NCBI RefSeq assembly: GCF_031769215.1
Contig: NW_026781915.1
Location: 3,410,001-3,474,000, forward strand
Source of the DNA: Ylistrum balloti
Lineage: Eukaryota
Direction of reading: 5' to 3'
Length of the DNA stretch: 64,000 bases
The notes under the pieces are model-generated. The model was not told where the DNA came from, made no database searches, and saw only the letters and a program-made list of their open reading frames with translations. Position 1 is the first letter of the stretch, and each line of letters begins with the position of its first letter. Both the position numbers and the translations under genes were made by a program. Below, in pieces: positions 63,740 through 64,000 of the stretch.

Positions 63740-64000
63740 GTATGTATATTTTATTCTGATACAGATTCTTCATAAAATGACTGCAATTTATAGATCTAAT
63801 TAAAATCAATATTCGATCTGTTTTTTCCTTTCCGTTGATTTTGAACAAGTCTCAGTTTAAAAGGCAAACAAGAGAAAAAAAAATAGGATTCAGCATTTGT
63901 ATTTCAATGAACTGAGATTGTCATTATTACTATGTCTTTAAATGCATTTTACAACACAGCACAGAATATTGTTACTACATGCATTGAAATAAAGCTTTCT

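Overview
AT-rich, intron-rich animal genomic DNA, most consistent with a bivalve mollusc (inferred from repeat types and gene content; not testable here). I assembled four spliced genes by hand using GT/AG sites and phase continuity. (1) A secreted large lipid transfer protein (apolipophorin/apoB/vitellogenin family) on the minus strand, from ATG 20085 to at least 7498, probably running off the left edge. (2) A complete DIS3L exoribonuclease on the plus strand (24706-43638, 22 coding exons, about 1057 aa). (3) A complete TMEM59-family gene on the minus strand (57255-51268, 6 exons, 323 aa). (4) The first three exons of calreticulin on the plus strand (from 62065), with a textbook ERSE in its promoter. 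Introns and intergenic DNA hold a 4-kb TIR-bounded PIF/Harbinger-ISL2EU-like transposon with a decayed THAP-like/HTH/DDE/SWIM transposase, a DIRS/Ngaro RT remnant, a LINE endonuclease remnant, MITE/HINE-like pieces and several minisatellites. The most unexpected signal is a pair of degenerate hammerhead-ribozyme cores 343 nt apart in lipoprotein-gene intron 5, next to a foldback element. No CRISPR array, rRNA or intact tRNA is supportable.
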